Shown piece after piece: positions 1 through 10,740 of a DNA stretch of 64,000 nucleotides. The DNA is taken from assembly GCA_019058295.1 (NCBI GenBank), contig JAHPZI010000017.1:1-64000 (forward strand), given 5' to 3'. The translations under genes and the position numbers were made by a program. This DNA is from Promethearchaeota archaeon. Its GTDB lineage: Archaea > Asgardarchaeota > Lokiarchaeia > Sigyniarchaeales > SOKP01. Every line of letters starts with the position of its first letter. Within the stretch, counting starts at the first letter, position 1. The notes beneath the pieces were generated by a model that saw nothing but the letters and a program-made list of their open reading frames with translations, was not told where the DNA came from and did not search any database.

Positions 1-3000
1 GAGAAACCAGTCTACTATTATGTGAATGAATCTGGATTAATGCCTATCAATTTCATTAATGCAGGACAGATTATGTTATATTATTGTAATCATTCAGAAA
101 TAATCGATGTAGATACATCATACGGTTCTACTGGAATTTATTTGGCTTATGATTATAATATTACAATTAGCTACTCAAATTTAACTTACAATAATTTTGA
201 TGGATTTAACATATACAGAAGCGATAATATATCAGTACATAATTGTAGGATAATTGAAAACGGCAATACTGGTATGACATTAAGGGAGTCTGATGATTGC
301 AACATTTCGTTAAATTACTATGAAAGTAATGATATTGGACTTTCTTTATCTTCCGGTTCTTTTAATAATACAATTAAAAATAATACAATGATACGAACGG
401 GAGTTTTAATTCAAATTATTGGATCATACCCCATGCCAAATTATCTCGTCGACACCTCAAATACAGTAAACGGAAAACCTATATATCATTATAGGGATAA
501 AAATTATCTAACTTCGGCAAATTATTCAGATTCAGGACAAATAATTTTGGAAAATTGTAACAATTCTGTAATAACTGATCTCAATATATCAAACGGATCT
601 TATGGAATTCTTGTTTATTATTCGAATAACATCACTATCTCTAATAACAATATATCTTCTCATAAGGAAATGGGTATTTATATTCGTGAATCAAATAACG
701 TCACAATATCATATACCAATGTTGAAAAGTGCGATACCGGACTAAGGTTTTATAAAGGAGAGGACAATACTATATCGAATAATACTTTTCTCGATAATGA
801 GGGGGATGGTCTATATATATCGCAGTGCTATAATAGTTCGCTATTTAACAACACAATTAAAAATAATGGTAATTATGGTCTATATTTATACTCTAGTGAG
901 GATACAAATATCTCAAAATCAATTATATCTAATAATAGTGAAGCCGGAATATATCTTCGTTATACTTCTGAAAATATCATTGATCATATAACTATAACGG
1001 AAAATAGGGATGGCATGTTTTTATCTTCGGCATATGATTGCATCATAAAAATGAATACCATATTAAATAATTCGAGAGACGGGATAAACATACAAGGAGG
1101 AGATGATAGTACAATCACGATGAATGATATAATAAACAATTCAAGATACGGTATTTATATCTCTGATGAATACGCAGAAGTTAATCTCATTTACAATAAT
1201 ACCTTTATTGCTAATGGTGTTGAAAATGCGTACGATTCTTATGCACTTAATCCGTGGGATAATGGTAACCTCGGAAACTATTGGGATGATTATACAGGGG
1301 TTGATGCAGATGATGATGGGGAAGGAGATACTCCTTATAATATTCCTGGGGGCGTTCGTCAAGATAATCATCCTATTTACTGGGATCCACCTGTCTTTAC
1401 TTTGACTTCACCAGTAAATTATACTGTTTACAGTAAGAGTGCCCCACGCATTCAAGCCATTGTGTGGGAAGGTATCGTCGATACTCGATGGTATACTTTA
1501 GGGAGCAATCCGAAAAAATATAACATTACATGCATTACTTGTGGCACGTATTACATTAATCAGACAGCATGGGATACTTTTGGTAATGGAACTGTCTTGA
1601 TTCATTTCTTTGTAAACGATTCGAGAGGGTATATTGCTCAAGAAGATGTAATTGTAAGAAAAGACATTATTCCTCCTAATGTTACTATTTTCAATCCAAT
1701 TGAAAATAAATTATATAATATTACTGCTCCAGATTTTAAGATTACCATTACAGGACTGGGGGTCAGTAAATCATGGTATCGCCTCTGGAATGGAACTCAC
1801 TGGTCGATAAATTACACAATCGGAGGATCAGGCTCTCAGAGGTCGGGACAAATCGATCAAAATGTATGGAATAATTGTCCAAATGGTACGGTTACAATTG
1901 AATTCTATGTAAATGACACCGCAGATAATATTGGAATGAATTCAACTATTATTAGAAAAGATATCTTAGCTCCCATAATTACTATTAATGATCCGACTCC
2001 GAATGAATTATTTTCCTCAACCGCCCCAGGTTTGGCAGATTGCAATGTAATTTTTAGTGATGTGAGCGGCATTGCTGCTCGATGGTATATGCTCATAAAT
2101 GGAACGGATAACGCGGACTATACTAATAATTACACTTGGAATGGCGAGGTGGATCAGTTCGTTTGGGACTTCATGGAAAACGGAACTGTTATAATCCGAA
2201 TTTTCGCCAATGATTCAGTAGGCAACATTGGAATGGAAGAAGTTATCGTACGAAAGGATATTATATTCCCCAATATCGTTATTAATGATCCTTCTTTAAA
2301 TGATATTTTTGGGAACAACACAATGAATTTTACAATTTCAGTATCAGGAAAAGACTTAGATACCATTTGGTATATGCTAATAAACGGAACAAACAGTCTC
2401 GATTGTACAAATAACTTCACATATTCCGATACAATCATTACTGGTATTTATGAAGATCCTATTAATTTTAACCTCTGGAATCAATTTGAAAATGGGACGG
2501 TCATTATTCGATTCTTCTTGAATAGAACAAACGGATTAATGGCGTTTGATGAAGTGATTGTAGGGAAAGATATCATCATTCCAGAGATTACGATAACTGA
2601 TCCCGATTATTATGAATTGTTTAATGCAACAGCTCCTTCATACAATTTAATTCTTACTGACAACAATTTAGACGATATATGGTATCGTTTATGGAATGGC
2701 ACTCATTGGTCAATAAATTATACAATCGGGGGATCAGGCTCTCTAAGGTCAGGACAGATTAACCAAGACGCTTGGAACGATTGTCCCAATGGTACCATAA
2801 TTATCGAATTCTACGCAAACGACACCGCAAATAATATTGGATTTAATTCAACAATCATTAGAAAAGATATTATAGGTCCTCAAATCACTATAAATAATCC
2901 AGTTCCGAATACACTCTTTTCAATAGACGCACCTGATAATACAGAATGTAATGTCTTATTTGAAGATGGGAGTAATGTTGCCGCCCGATGGTATATGCTC

Positions 3001-3957
3001 ATAAATGGAACAGATAGTGATCACTACACAGATAATTATACCTGGAATGATGAAGTTGATCAAAATGTTTGGAATCAAATGGGTAATGGAACGGTCATTA
3101 TTCGAATTTTTGCCAACGATTCGGTTGGCAATATCGGGATGGCAGAAGTAATCGTGCGGAAGGACATTATATTCCCAAATATCGCTATTAATGATCCAAT
3201 ATCGAATGATCTTTTCGGTATGAATACTTTCAATTTTACAATTACAGTTTCGGGAAAAAATCTCGATACTATTTGGTATATGCTCATAAATAGTACAAAC
3301 ATTAGTGATTATACTAACAATTTCACATACTCTACGGTCGTTACTTCTGGTTCAATTGAAGATACAATAAATTATAATTTATGGAATCAATTTGAAAACG
3401 GAACAGTTATTATTCGAATCTTCTTAAATAGAACAATCGGATTGATGGTCTTTGATGATATTATTGTTAGAAAGGATATTATCGCTCCTGAAATTATAAT
3501 AATCGAACCTATCGTGAATCAGTCTGTCTATAGCACACCACCAGATTTTACCATAACTATTATTGAAGCAAATAACGATACAATGTGGTATAGATTATAC
3601 AATGGAACTGATTATACCGAGAATCGTACATTTATTTCAAATGGTAGAATAAATGATACAGACTGGGATGCCATGTGGATTTTTATTGATTTTGGAGATA
3701 TGATTTGGATTTTCTTTTACTGTAATGATACCGTAGGAAATTTTGGCTTCGCTAACGTTACTGTAATTAAGTCTGATGTGTCTTATGCTCCAGTAATACC
3801 CCCTGTAAGTGGAGATGACGATGACGACGGGAAAAAGGCTAAGGAAGAACCTGATATTGTTGTACCTATATTAATAGCGATAGGAGTCATTGGTGGGATA
3901 GCAACAGTGGCAATAATCGTTATTATGAAAAAGAGAAAACCGTATTATAAATATTAA
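1..3957 (+). CDS. Large cell-surface glycoprotein: NosD/right-handed beta-helix repeats, tandem Ig-like repeats and a C-terminal anchor (5' truncated by window edge)
   Basis: Frame is open from base 1 (EKPVYYYVNE...). Contains GIYL..S..N.I..N beta-helix repeats, the GNYWDDY.G.D motif, ~100-aa repeats ending RKDII.P, many N-x-S/T sequons, and a DDDDD-TM-KKRK tail. Confidence 0.85.
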   Translation, partial: EKPVYYYVNESGLMPINFINAGQIMLYYCNHSEIIDVDTSYGSTGIYLAYDYNITISYSNLTYNNFDGFNIYRSDNISVHNCRIIENGNTGMTLRESDDCNISLNYYESNDIGLSLSSGSFNNTIKNNTMIRTGVLIQIIGSYPMPNYLVDTSNTVNGKPIYHYRDKNYLTSANYSDSGQIILENCNNSVITDLNISNGSYGILVYYSNNITISNNNISSHKEMGIYIRESNNVTISYTNVEKCDTGLRFYKGEDNTISNNTFLDNEGDGLYISQCYNSSLFNNTIKNNGNYGLYLYSSEDTNISKSIISNNSEAGIYLRYTSENIIDHITITENRDGMFLSSAYDCIIKMNTILNNSRDGINIQGGDDSTITMNDIINNSRYGIYISDEYAEVNLIYNNTFIANGVENAYDSYALNPWDNGNLGNYWDDYTGVDADDDGEGDTPYNIPGGVRQDNHPIYWDPPVFTLTSPVNYTVYSKSAPRIQAIVWEGIVDTRWYTLGSNPKKYNITCITCGTYYINQTAWDTFGNGTVLIHFFVNDSRGYIAQEDVIVRKDIIPPNVTIFNPIENKLYNITAPDFKITITGLGVSKSWYRLWNGTHWSINYTIGGSGSQRSGQIDQNVWNNCPNGTVTIEFYVNDTADNIGMNSTIIRKDILAPIITINDPTPNELFSSTAPGLADCNVIFSDVSGIAARWYMLINGTDNADYTNNYTWNGEVDQFVWDFMENGTVIIRIFANDSVGNIGMEEVIVRKDIIFPNIVINDPSLNDIFGNNTMNFTISVSGKDLDTIWYMLINGTNSLDCTNNFTYSDTIITGIYEDPINFNLWNQFENGTVIIRFFLNRTNGLMAFDEVIVGKDIIIPEITITDPDYYELFNATAPSYNLILTDNNLDDIWYRLWNGTHWSINYTIGGSGSLRSGQINQDAWNDCPNGTIIIEFYANDTANNIGFNSTIIRKDIIGPQITINNPVPNTLFSIDAPDNTECNVLFEDGSNVAARWYMLINGTDSDHYTDNYTWNDEVDQNVWNQMGNGTVIIRIFANDSVGNIGMAEVIVRKDIIFPNIAINDPISNDLFGMNTFNFTITVSGKNLDTIWYMLINSTNISDYTNNFTYSTVVTSGSIEDTINYNLWNQFENGTVIIRIFLNRTIGLMVFDDIIVRKDIIAPEIIIIEPIVNQSVYSTPPDFTITIIEANNDTMWYRLYNGTDYTENRTFISNGRINDTDWDAMWIFIDFGDMIWIFFYCNDTVGNFGFANVTVIKSDVSYAPVIPPVSGDDDDDGKKAKEEPDIVVPILIAIGVIGGIATVAIIVIMKKRKPYYKY
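1774..3480 (+). repeat. Intragenic tandem duplication of a ~906-nt (302-aa, three-domain) unit
   Basis: WYRLWNGTHWSINYTIGGSGS codons start at 1774 and 2680. AARWYMLINGTD and NLWNQFENGTVIIR each occur twice at a similar offset. Confidence 0.85.
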
Positions 3958-3975
3958 TTATAAGACACTAAAGCT

Positions 3976-4329
3976 TTAATTCATGACTTTTTTTAAGATG
4001 ATTATATATTCATATTTATAATATTTCTTTTTGAAATCTTTATATCGTTTTAGAATTGCTCTTTCTAAGGTAAATTCGTAGCTCTCAGCAATCTTGACAC
4101 ATTTTTCTTTCATAAGTCCATCCTTCCCAACCACCAGAACAAGTCTCGAATTATTTTTTAGCACTCTATATAATTCTGCCAGAACATTTCTTATATTTCA
4201 CCAATAGATATCAATAGTAACTTGTGCTTTTTCATATCTATTGCCAATCTGAAGCCCCATCGCCCGTTTTATATCACTCTCCGAGAAATGTTTTTGCAAA
4301 ATTTGTGTAAAATTCCAGGAAAATCTCAT
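3976..4329 (-). pseudogene. Fragment resembling the C-terminal part of a SAM-dependent (DNA/RNA) methyltransferase, with an in-frame TGA
   Basis: ATG at 4329 reads ...IDIYW-TGA(4198-4200)-NIRNVLAELYRVLKNNSRLVLVVG... The E..RVLK...LVVG motif is present but no N-terminal SAM-binding motif. Confidence 0.55.
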
Positions 4330-4472
4330 ATTTAATCAATTTCATTAATTTTTTATGGTTGTATCTAAAATTTCTTCAGGTGAATGAAAGATTTTATACA
4401 CTCTAAATTAATAAAAAACTAATTAATTGTTTATTATCTTAAGAAGATATAAGAAAAAGAAAAAAGATTATA

Positions 4473-5570
4473 ATGTATCAATATTATGTTTCCTCTGAAG
4501 TTCTAACGGTTGCTGCACTCGTATTTTTATTCTTGATTCTATTAATACCGGTTATCGGCGCGGGGGTAGCTGTCGTACTGTTTGCTCTTCTTATTGTTTA
4601 TCCTAGTGCCTTCAGAATTTTCAGCCCTACATTGACTTTATTTTATATTGGTTTTCTTATAATCTTAATCGCGTGCGTGACAATATATTTTATATTAGCA
4701 ATAAGATATAGACCTCTGTTCTACATTCAGATGATATGCTACATTTTTCCCTTGATTCTTTTATCAGCGATAACGTGGGATACATATGTAAAAACGCCAT
4801 CAGTTGCCGACATGCTTTCAGTTTTATTTATAGTTTTCTTGATAATTCTCATAATCATTATATTTTCCATTCCGGTTTTCGGAGTTATTGCATCTATTAC
4901 TATGTTTGTTGTGCTATTGATATCAGGAGAATCAATTGTTAATCCCAATAACATTCCTTTTTTAACATATGGGTTAATAATATTTGTTATATGTGCCCTT
5001 ATTTACATTGTATTTACTATAAGGGTAAAAACAAATATACTTGCACTAGTTCAAGCTGCCTGCTACTGTCTTCCCGCGTTTGTTTTAATTATGTGGCTTG
5101 CAGGTCTGGAATCTGCTGTGGTATTTATCGTAGCGATAACATTGTTTGGTTTAGGAGTATCAATAACAAGGATAGTGCAACGGAAACATCCTCGTACCAA
5201 AAGGAAACCACGCAATCCGATGAGTGTAGCCCTTAAGATAACCAAAAAGAGATTAGGAGATAGTAAATTGAAACTGACCAAGAAGGGCCCCAAATTATCG
5301 CTTCAAATCAGAACTTCCGATAAAAATACCAGAAGAATTATTACAATTTCGAAACTTATAGCAAGAAGGGTTTACCCTATTTTTTCGACAAGGTTATCAG
5401 GGTATTTCGATGAGGATCTTGATATAACATTAAAGTCGCTAGGTCGAAAGATTATTTCATTTCACGAACAAAGGGAAGAGTTAAAAAAAGAAAAATACTT
5501 TTACAAGTACGCAAAAAGACGCGCAAATGAAATTAAGTTCACTAAGGATTCAGATTCAAAAATATCTTAA
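4473..5570 (+). CDS. Multi-pass membrane protein with basic cytoplasmic C-terminal domain
   Basis: 365-aa ORF with ~8 hydrophobic segments in an internally duplicated arrangement (Q..CY..P twice). Confidence 0.75.
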   Translation: MYQYYVSSEVLTVAALVFLFLILLIPVIGAGVAVVLFALLIVYPSAFRIFSPTLTLFYIGFLIILIACVTIYFILAIRYRPLFYIQMICYIFPLILLSAITWDTYVKTPSVADMLSVLFIVFLIILIIIIFSIPVFGVIASITMFVVLLISGESIVNPNNIPFLTYGLIIFVICALIYIVFTIRVKTNILALVQAACYCLPAFVLIMWLAGLESAVVFIVAITLFGLGVSITRIVQRKHPRTKRKPRNPMSVALKITKKRLGDSKLKLTKKGPKLSLQIRTSDKNTRRIITISKLIARRVYPIFSTRLSGYFDEDLDITLKSLGRKIISFHEQREELKKEKYFYKYAKRRANEIKFTKDSDSKIS

Positions 5571-5717
5571 TCAAAGAATTAAAAGATAAATAAAAGAAAA
5601 AAAAATTTCTATTTGGAATCGATGCATTGAGATTTTTGAGCATTAATATTAGTGTTTATGTTCCTGTTTAACCAGTTTATTTAGTAAAAAAGTACATACT
5701 CTATTAAATTTTTATCG

Positions 5718-6788
5718 CTAAATAGAGTCAAAACGTTTTGTTTTAGGGAATTCTAAAATAAAATCTTTTCCAAAAGCTATTGCTGGTGTCAGGGTGCCAT
5801 TCAATCTTAATTTAAATTGTTTTTCAACACATTTAATACCAGAAATCGCAGTAAATTGATAAGGCTCTATTGTTTCAAGCCAAGCTTGAGCTTCAGAACC
5901 TTTATCATTTCTAACTCTTGCCCAAACATATGATCGTCCTTTTTGACGAGCGGATTCATCAGGACCTTTTACATTTTTCTCAATCGACTGTTGAACTATT
6001 TTCTTAAAATTCTTTTTTGAAGTTGACTTATTTCTTAAAGAATCCTTTTTTGAAAACTCTGTCGATTTTAATAAATTAACTAATTGTTTTGGAAAAGGTA
6101 TATAGGTAGTAATGTTAGGAATTTTTGTAGTACGATAAGCGGTTGATAAGTCACCCCATACAACAGGTTTTACCTCGCGCTCTTTATCAACAAAACGAAT
6201 TTTTTTAAGTACTATATTGGGATGTTTTTGTATGAGTTGCCCATCCCTCCTTATTAATAAGCTCGTGTCCATATATTCAATCATAGTTTTTAAAGTTCCA
6301 GGGCTAGCACCACCCAATTCTGTAATTCCTAATTCTAAATGAGTAGGATTTTTTATTTTTTCACTTACATATTTAGCCATACAATCAGTAGGGACTACAT
6401 CAAAACCTACACCCGACAGGATTAAAATCCCTTGCTCTGTAGCTTTTTTATTTAATTTAAAATTTTGCTCAAATATTGGGACCTCCCCTGTAATATCCAT
6501 ATAATGAGTCCCGGTTTTTAAACAAGCATTAACAACTTGAGAACTTGTATATTTGAATGGACCAGCTGCTAGCAAGATTAAGTCAAAATCTCGAATATTC
6601 TCAATAATATTTTTCTCATCTTGTAAATTAAATATTAGATGATCTAATTTTAATTGCTCTGCAATGGGTAAAAGTTTTTCTGTAGAACGCCCTGTTAATA
6701 CAGGATTATAACCCTTTCTAACAGCCTCTTCGGCTAATAATTTTCCAGTATAGCCATATGCACCATAAATTAACCATTTGTTATTCAA
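5718..6788 (-). CDS. Saccharopine dehydrogenase-like NAD(P)-dependent oxidoreductase
   Basis: IYGAYGYTG, AGPF, HYMDITGE and GFDVVPTD motifs. Confidence 0.9.
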   Translation of the reverse strand: MNNKWLIYGAYGYTGKLLAEEAVRKGYNPVLTGRSTEKLLPIAEQLKLDHLIFNLQDEKNIIENIRDFDLILLAAGPFKYTSSQVVNACLKTGTHYMDITGEVPIFEQNFKLNKKATEQGILILSGVGFDVVPTDCMAKYVSEKIKNPTHLELGITELGGASPGTLKTMIEYMDTSLLIRRDGQLIQKHPNIVLKKIRFVDKEREVKPVVWGDLSTAYRTTKIPNITTYIPFPKQLVNLLKSTEFSKKDSLRNKSTSKKNFKKIVQQSIEKNVKGPDESARQKGRSYVWARVRNDKGSEAQAWLETIEPYQFTAISGIKCVEKQFKLRLNGTLTPAIAFGKDFILEFPKTKRFDSI

Positions 6789-6866
6789 ATTTTAACTCAC
6801 CTTAATATAAAATAATAATTATAAACCACTTTTATGCTTACTGAAAAATTATAAAAGAGATTTACT

Positions 6867-8369
6867 TTAGTGATGGTGTTCCTGCTTAATATTAACGGGC
6901 TTTAAAGCGCCAATTGCCCAACCAGTTATTTCGTTGAGTGAAGGATGTATAATCATTGAATTGTATATTGGCATAAATGAACCACCTTCTGGACATGCTC
7001 GGGCTTCTTTTGGAATAAGACTTAAATTCATTCCGTCGCCCATTTTACATGTAAAACCGGAATTCATTAGATATACAAAGGGCTGTACTAAAACTGCTGC
7101 ATTAGGACCAATAACATGAGCACCTAGAATACGATATGTCTTATCAATAACTAATTTAACAAAACCATCCTCAGTATCATTTTTTTCATAGCCCATGGCA
7201 TATCCTTTTGCGACTTCTGAGTAGTGATGAATTGCGACGTAAATCTCGTAACCCTTTTCAATTGCTTCTGCTTCAGTTAGTCCAACATGCCCTATTTGAG
7301 GCCAAGTAAAAATTGCCCAAGGAACTGAAGAATATTCTACAGTCTCTTTATCCTGCTCAAAAATATTGGTTCTAACTACTTTACTCTCATAATTCGCTTT
7401 ATGGCGAAATTGATAAAGTCCATTAGCATCTCCTATACACCAAATGTTTTCCTTTGAAGTCTCGAGATATTCATTAGTAATAATCCAACCAGCTTTATTA
7501 GTTTCTACCCCAGTTTTTTCTACTTTTAAGATATCTGCATTTGATTTACGCCCAGTAGCTACGAGAATCTCTTCAGCTTTGAGATCTCTTTTTTCCCCTG
7601 TCTGTGTATTTTCAACAGTAACAACTTTTAATTTACCCCTTGATTCGGCTTTTATAGCTTTATGATTTACAAGCACAGTCATATATTTCTTTAAATTATT
7701 TTCTAAAAATTTACTTATTTCTGGTTCTTCAGTAGTTACCAGTCGTGGTAGCATCTCAACTATGGTTACTTCTGTTCCAAATGCTGAAAAAATATGGGCA
7801 AATTCTGCCGCAATTACCCCACCACCAATTATTATTAGACTTTTCCAAGGTTTTTTAGGGAATTTTTCACCGAAGAAGGATTCACTTGTAACATACTCAG
7901 CTTCCTCAATGCCCGCAATAGGTGGGATGAATGAGCGAGCTCCCGTAGCAATAAGAAAGCGTTTTCCTTTAAATGTTCCAAGATTAGAACCATCTTTACC
8001 ATGTACTGTCATTTCATATTCTCCGGTAAATTCACCTGTACCTTGATAAACCTTTAGATTTGGAACTTCTAGTAATCCTTTTTCCATCATTTTACTCTCA
8101 TCAATTTGATGCCACATTCTTTCTGCAATAAGATCCCAATTAATATCTTCAACTTTAAAAGTCAGTCCAACTTTTTTACCATGTTGCGCTTCTCGGATTA
8201 AATCCGCTGGATGTACCAATATTTTAGAAGGGATACATCCGCGTGTTAAACAAGTTCCTCCCATCTTACTCTCTTCAACAAGCGCACATTTCAGTCCTAG
8301 ATTAATCCCAACATTTATAACATTTAATCCAGCACCACTACCAATCACAACTAAATCATATTCTTCCAT
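6867..8369 (-). CDS. Pyridine nucleotide-disulfide oxidoreductase (dihydrolipoamide dehydrogenase/mycothione reductase-like)
   Basis: GSGAG, GGTCLTRGCIPSK, GGGVIAAE and C-terminal HPSLNE motifs. Start moved to the ATG at 8369. Confidence 0.9.
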   Translation of the reverse strand: MEEYDLVVIGSGAGLNVINVGINLGLKCALVEESKMGGTCLTRGCIPSKILVHPADLIREAQHGKKVGLTFKVEDINWDLIAERMWHQIDESKMMEKGLLEVPNLKVYQGTGEFTGEYEMTVHGKDGSNLGTFKGKRFLIATGARSFIPPIAGIEEAEYVTSESFFGEKFPKKPWKSLIIIGGGVIAAEFAHIFSAFGTEVTIVEMLPRLVTTEEPEISKFLENNLKKYMTVLVNHKAIKAESRGKLKVVTVENTQTGEKRDLKAEEILVATGRKSNADILKVEKTGVETNKAGWIITNEYLETSKENIWCIGDANGLYQFRHKANYESKVVRTNIFEQDKETVEYSSVPWAIFTWPQIGHVGLTEAEAIEKGYEIYVAIHHYSEVAKGYAMGYEKNDTEDGFVKLVIDKTYRILGAHVIGPNAAVLVQPFVYLMNSGFTCKMGDGMNLSLIPKEARACPEGGSFMPIYNSMIIHPSLNEITGWAIGALKPVNIKQEHHH

Positions 8370-8399
8370 ATTAACAACCCATCTCAAGAAAAAATTTTT

Positions 8400-8816
8400 T
8401 CATCTTAAATTAAATTCATCGAGCCTTTTGGTTACTAAAGCTTCTAATTCAGGGATGTCTTTTACCGAATTCATTTCCTTCTGGGAAATAAATACTTTTA
8501 ATTCTTTACCGTCATCTAGATAAGCACTTGGAAATTTCGCATCTTTTACATTATATTGTTCATAAAATTCGTCTTTATGAAGAAATTCAAACTTAAATTT
8601 ATCTCTTTTCATTTGTTCAACTGGAACTTCAAGATCATTAACAAAATTTTTCCATTCTTTCTTCTGACCGAAAAATCCATAAGTTACAGCACAGAGATTG
8701 CATTCATACGTAGATTTTTTAAAAGTTTTTTTCAATGAATCTTTCAATCCTGCCCAAGCACCACCTGAATCTGCATTAAATACAAATATTAATTTATTTT
8801 CAGCTTCTTCACTCAT
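8400..8816 (-). CDS. Conserved hypothetical protein with CxxC (possible thioredoxin-like fold)
   Basis: LIFVFNADSG...YECNLCAVTYG motif; co-oriented with its neighbours. Confidence 0.7.
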   Translation of the reverse strand: MSEEAENKLIFVFNADSGGAWAGLKDSLKKTFKKSTYECNLCAVTYGFFGQKKEWKNFVNDLEVPVEQMKRDKFKFEFLHKDEFYEQYNVKDAKFPSAYLDDGKELKVFISQKEMNSVKDIPELEALVTKRLDEFNLR

Positions 8817-8857
8817 TTTTTTTATCCTCTTATTATCAATTTATTTAATCTTAATAT

Positions 8858-9247
8858 TTATTCTATATATAATTCTCTTATTTTTTCCATTCGATTCCTA
8901 TTTGCGTTCCAATCATAACCCCCTATTCTGGATTGACTTCTAAAGTGTATCAATTTCTCTTTTTCATCTATATAAAATTCAACATCATCTTTAAATCTAA
9001 ATAAAGCAGTGGTAAATTGTACTCTTAAATAATTGTCATTTTCTTCTAATATTTTAGTACGCTTTAATGTATTTATGATGGATATTATTTTACTCATTGC
9101 CTCCTTTACAGATGTTGTTAATTTAATTGGTGATATATAATGTTTTTCATCATCTTCAGAAACTTGAGTTGAAACACAAATTGGTTTTTTCGGACATGGA
9201 TAGAACTTTCCATCAACAATTCCAGTTCTTCTTGGTTCCTTTGGCAT
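8858..9247 (-). CDS. DUF1499 family protein
   Basis: CPKKPICVSTQ, FRFKDDVEF and RSQSRIG..D...NR.R motifs; GGAGG SD. Confidence 0.85.
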   Translation of the reverse strand: MPKEPRRTGIVDGKFYPCPKKPICVSTQVSEDDEKHYISPIKLTTSVKEAMSKIISIINTLKRTKILEENDNYLRVQFTTALFRFKDDVEFYIDEKEKLIHFRSQSRIGGYDWNANRNRMEKIRELYIE

Positions 9248-9265
9248 TTTTTAACCTCCTAATTT

Positions 9266-10561
9266 TTAAATATCTAAAATTTCTTTAACCATTTCTTCTA
9301 CTGAGGCTTCTTTAAAATAAGAAACATTTCCCGTTTCCTGAAATATTTTTATCTGTTCTTTATGTTTTTTTTCAAATTCATTTATAAAGTAAGCCAAACG
9401 CTCTTTTAATATTTTATCTGCTGATTTAGAGAGGAAAAGTGCGACTTTGATTTTTTCACCATAACCCGCCTGTATAAAAAATCCTTTATAATTTATTTCT
9501 CGCATAGTGTCGGCACCTCCACCCAACTCCGATACGAATTGATCCATAGCAACTAAAAATCCCGAAATTAAATCATGATCTAAAGCTTCTATTTCGTTTG
9601 CGTAAGAAAAAATTGATATACCTGAAGTTTTATCAATAATTATTAAATTTCTAAAAATATCCCGATATTTATGTTTCTCTCCAGGAATTCTGAGACCTTC
9701 ACCGACCTCCTCTTCAGAGAATATTTCATACATATGAAATCTTTTTGGATTATAAGATTCATTTTCTTTAAATTCATATTTTGAAAATTTTATAACCTGG
9801 GACGGTGCTCGAACAGGTTCACGTGGTAATTTCTGAAGATAATTCTCACTTAAAGATTGATTGTAGTTTTTAGATTTTTTACCCTTAGTTATGCCATAAA
9901 TTTTTTTATGACGTGGATCTACAACATAAAACCAAACATTGAACTTTTCCATATCCGAAACTATACGATCAAATCCAATTTTATATACACCTGCAGGTGT
10001 AGTAACGAATACACTCCACATAGCGATTTCTGAGGATTTCTGGATTAATTCTAAAGTATTTTCATAATTATCTAAATCCATCTCCGCACCCGTACGTATT
10101 ATTACTGATTCAGTTCTCAAGCGAGGCGTTTTTTTTGTTAAATATAAATCTAATGAATACTCTGTTATTTTTGAAGTATTAAAAACTGAAATTTTAAAAT
10201 CAGCACAATAATCAGCAAAAATATTTACTAGCTCTTGTTTAGCAATGTAATCAAATTCGGGTAAATGTTTCTTTATATTTTCATCCTTTAATAACAAATC
10301 ACCCATTACATCGATTGGACTTGAATATTTCTCTTGAATACTTTTAACATTTTTAAAAACATTATGAAAGTGAACTACTATTTCTTTTATATAACCGGTT
10401 TTAGTCTTTGTATTTTCATTAATAGCTATATTGTTTTTTTTAACAAATTCGTTTAGATCTTCAAATGATGTACGCATGATTAGACAATTTAAACAAAATA
10501 ATCCTATCTTACTTTTATAGTCTTTATAGATCTTATTTATTATATCGTCCGCTGTGCTCAT
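9266..10561 (-). CDS. Asgard-type protein with C-terminal longin/roadblock-like domain
   Basis: C-terminal IIIDKTSGISIFSY...DLISGFLVAMDQFVSEL...EINYKG pattern; AAGGTGA SD. Confidence 0.7.
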   Translation of the reverse strand: MSTADDIINKIYKDYKSKIGLFCLNCLIMRTSFEDLNEFVKKNNIAINENTKTKTGYIKEIVVHFHNVFKNVKSIQEKYSSPIDVMGDLLLKDENIKKHLPEFDYIAKQELVNIFADYCADFKISVFNTSKITEYSLDLYLTKKTPRLRTESVIIRTGAEMDLDNYENTLELIQKSSEIAMWSVFVTTPAGVYKIGFDRIVSDMEKFNVWFYVVDPRHKKIYGITKGKKSKNYNQSLSENYLQKLPREPVRAPSQVIKFSKYEFKENESYNPKRFHMYEIFSEEEVGEGLRIPGEKHKYRDIFRNLIIIDKTSGISIFSYANEIEALDHDLISGFLVAMDQFVSELGGGADTMREINYKGFFIQAGYGEKIKVALFLSKSADKILKERLAYFINEFEKKHKEQIKIFQETGNVSYFKEASVEEMVKEILDI

Positions 10562-10740
10562 ATTAACGGAATCACCTTAAATATTAAAAAGAGAGTTTAG
10601 TTAAAAAACCATCTTCTTATATTTAATTCATAAATCATTCAATTTATTTTAAATTTTGACTTATATTTAAAAAATAGGTTTTAAAATTATAAATTTTAAA
10701 AGCAATAATTATTATGTCCAATAGTAACACAGCTTTAATC

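Noticed and set aside
5985-6066. AATCGAC/GTCGATT inverted repeat and ~33-nt degenerate tandem duplication in the saccharopine dehydrogenase-like gene, considered as a second intron
   Set aside because: The frame is intact and I could not form a 4-bp helix with 3-nt bulges. Best explained as a small in-frame duplication.
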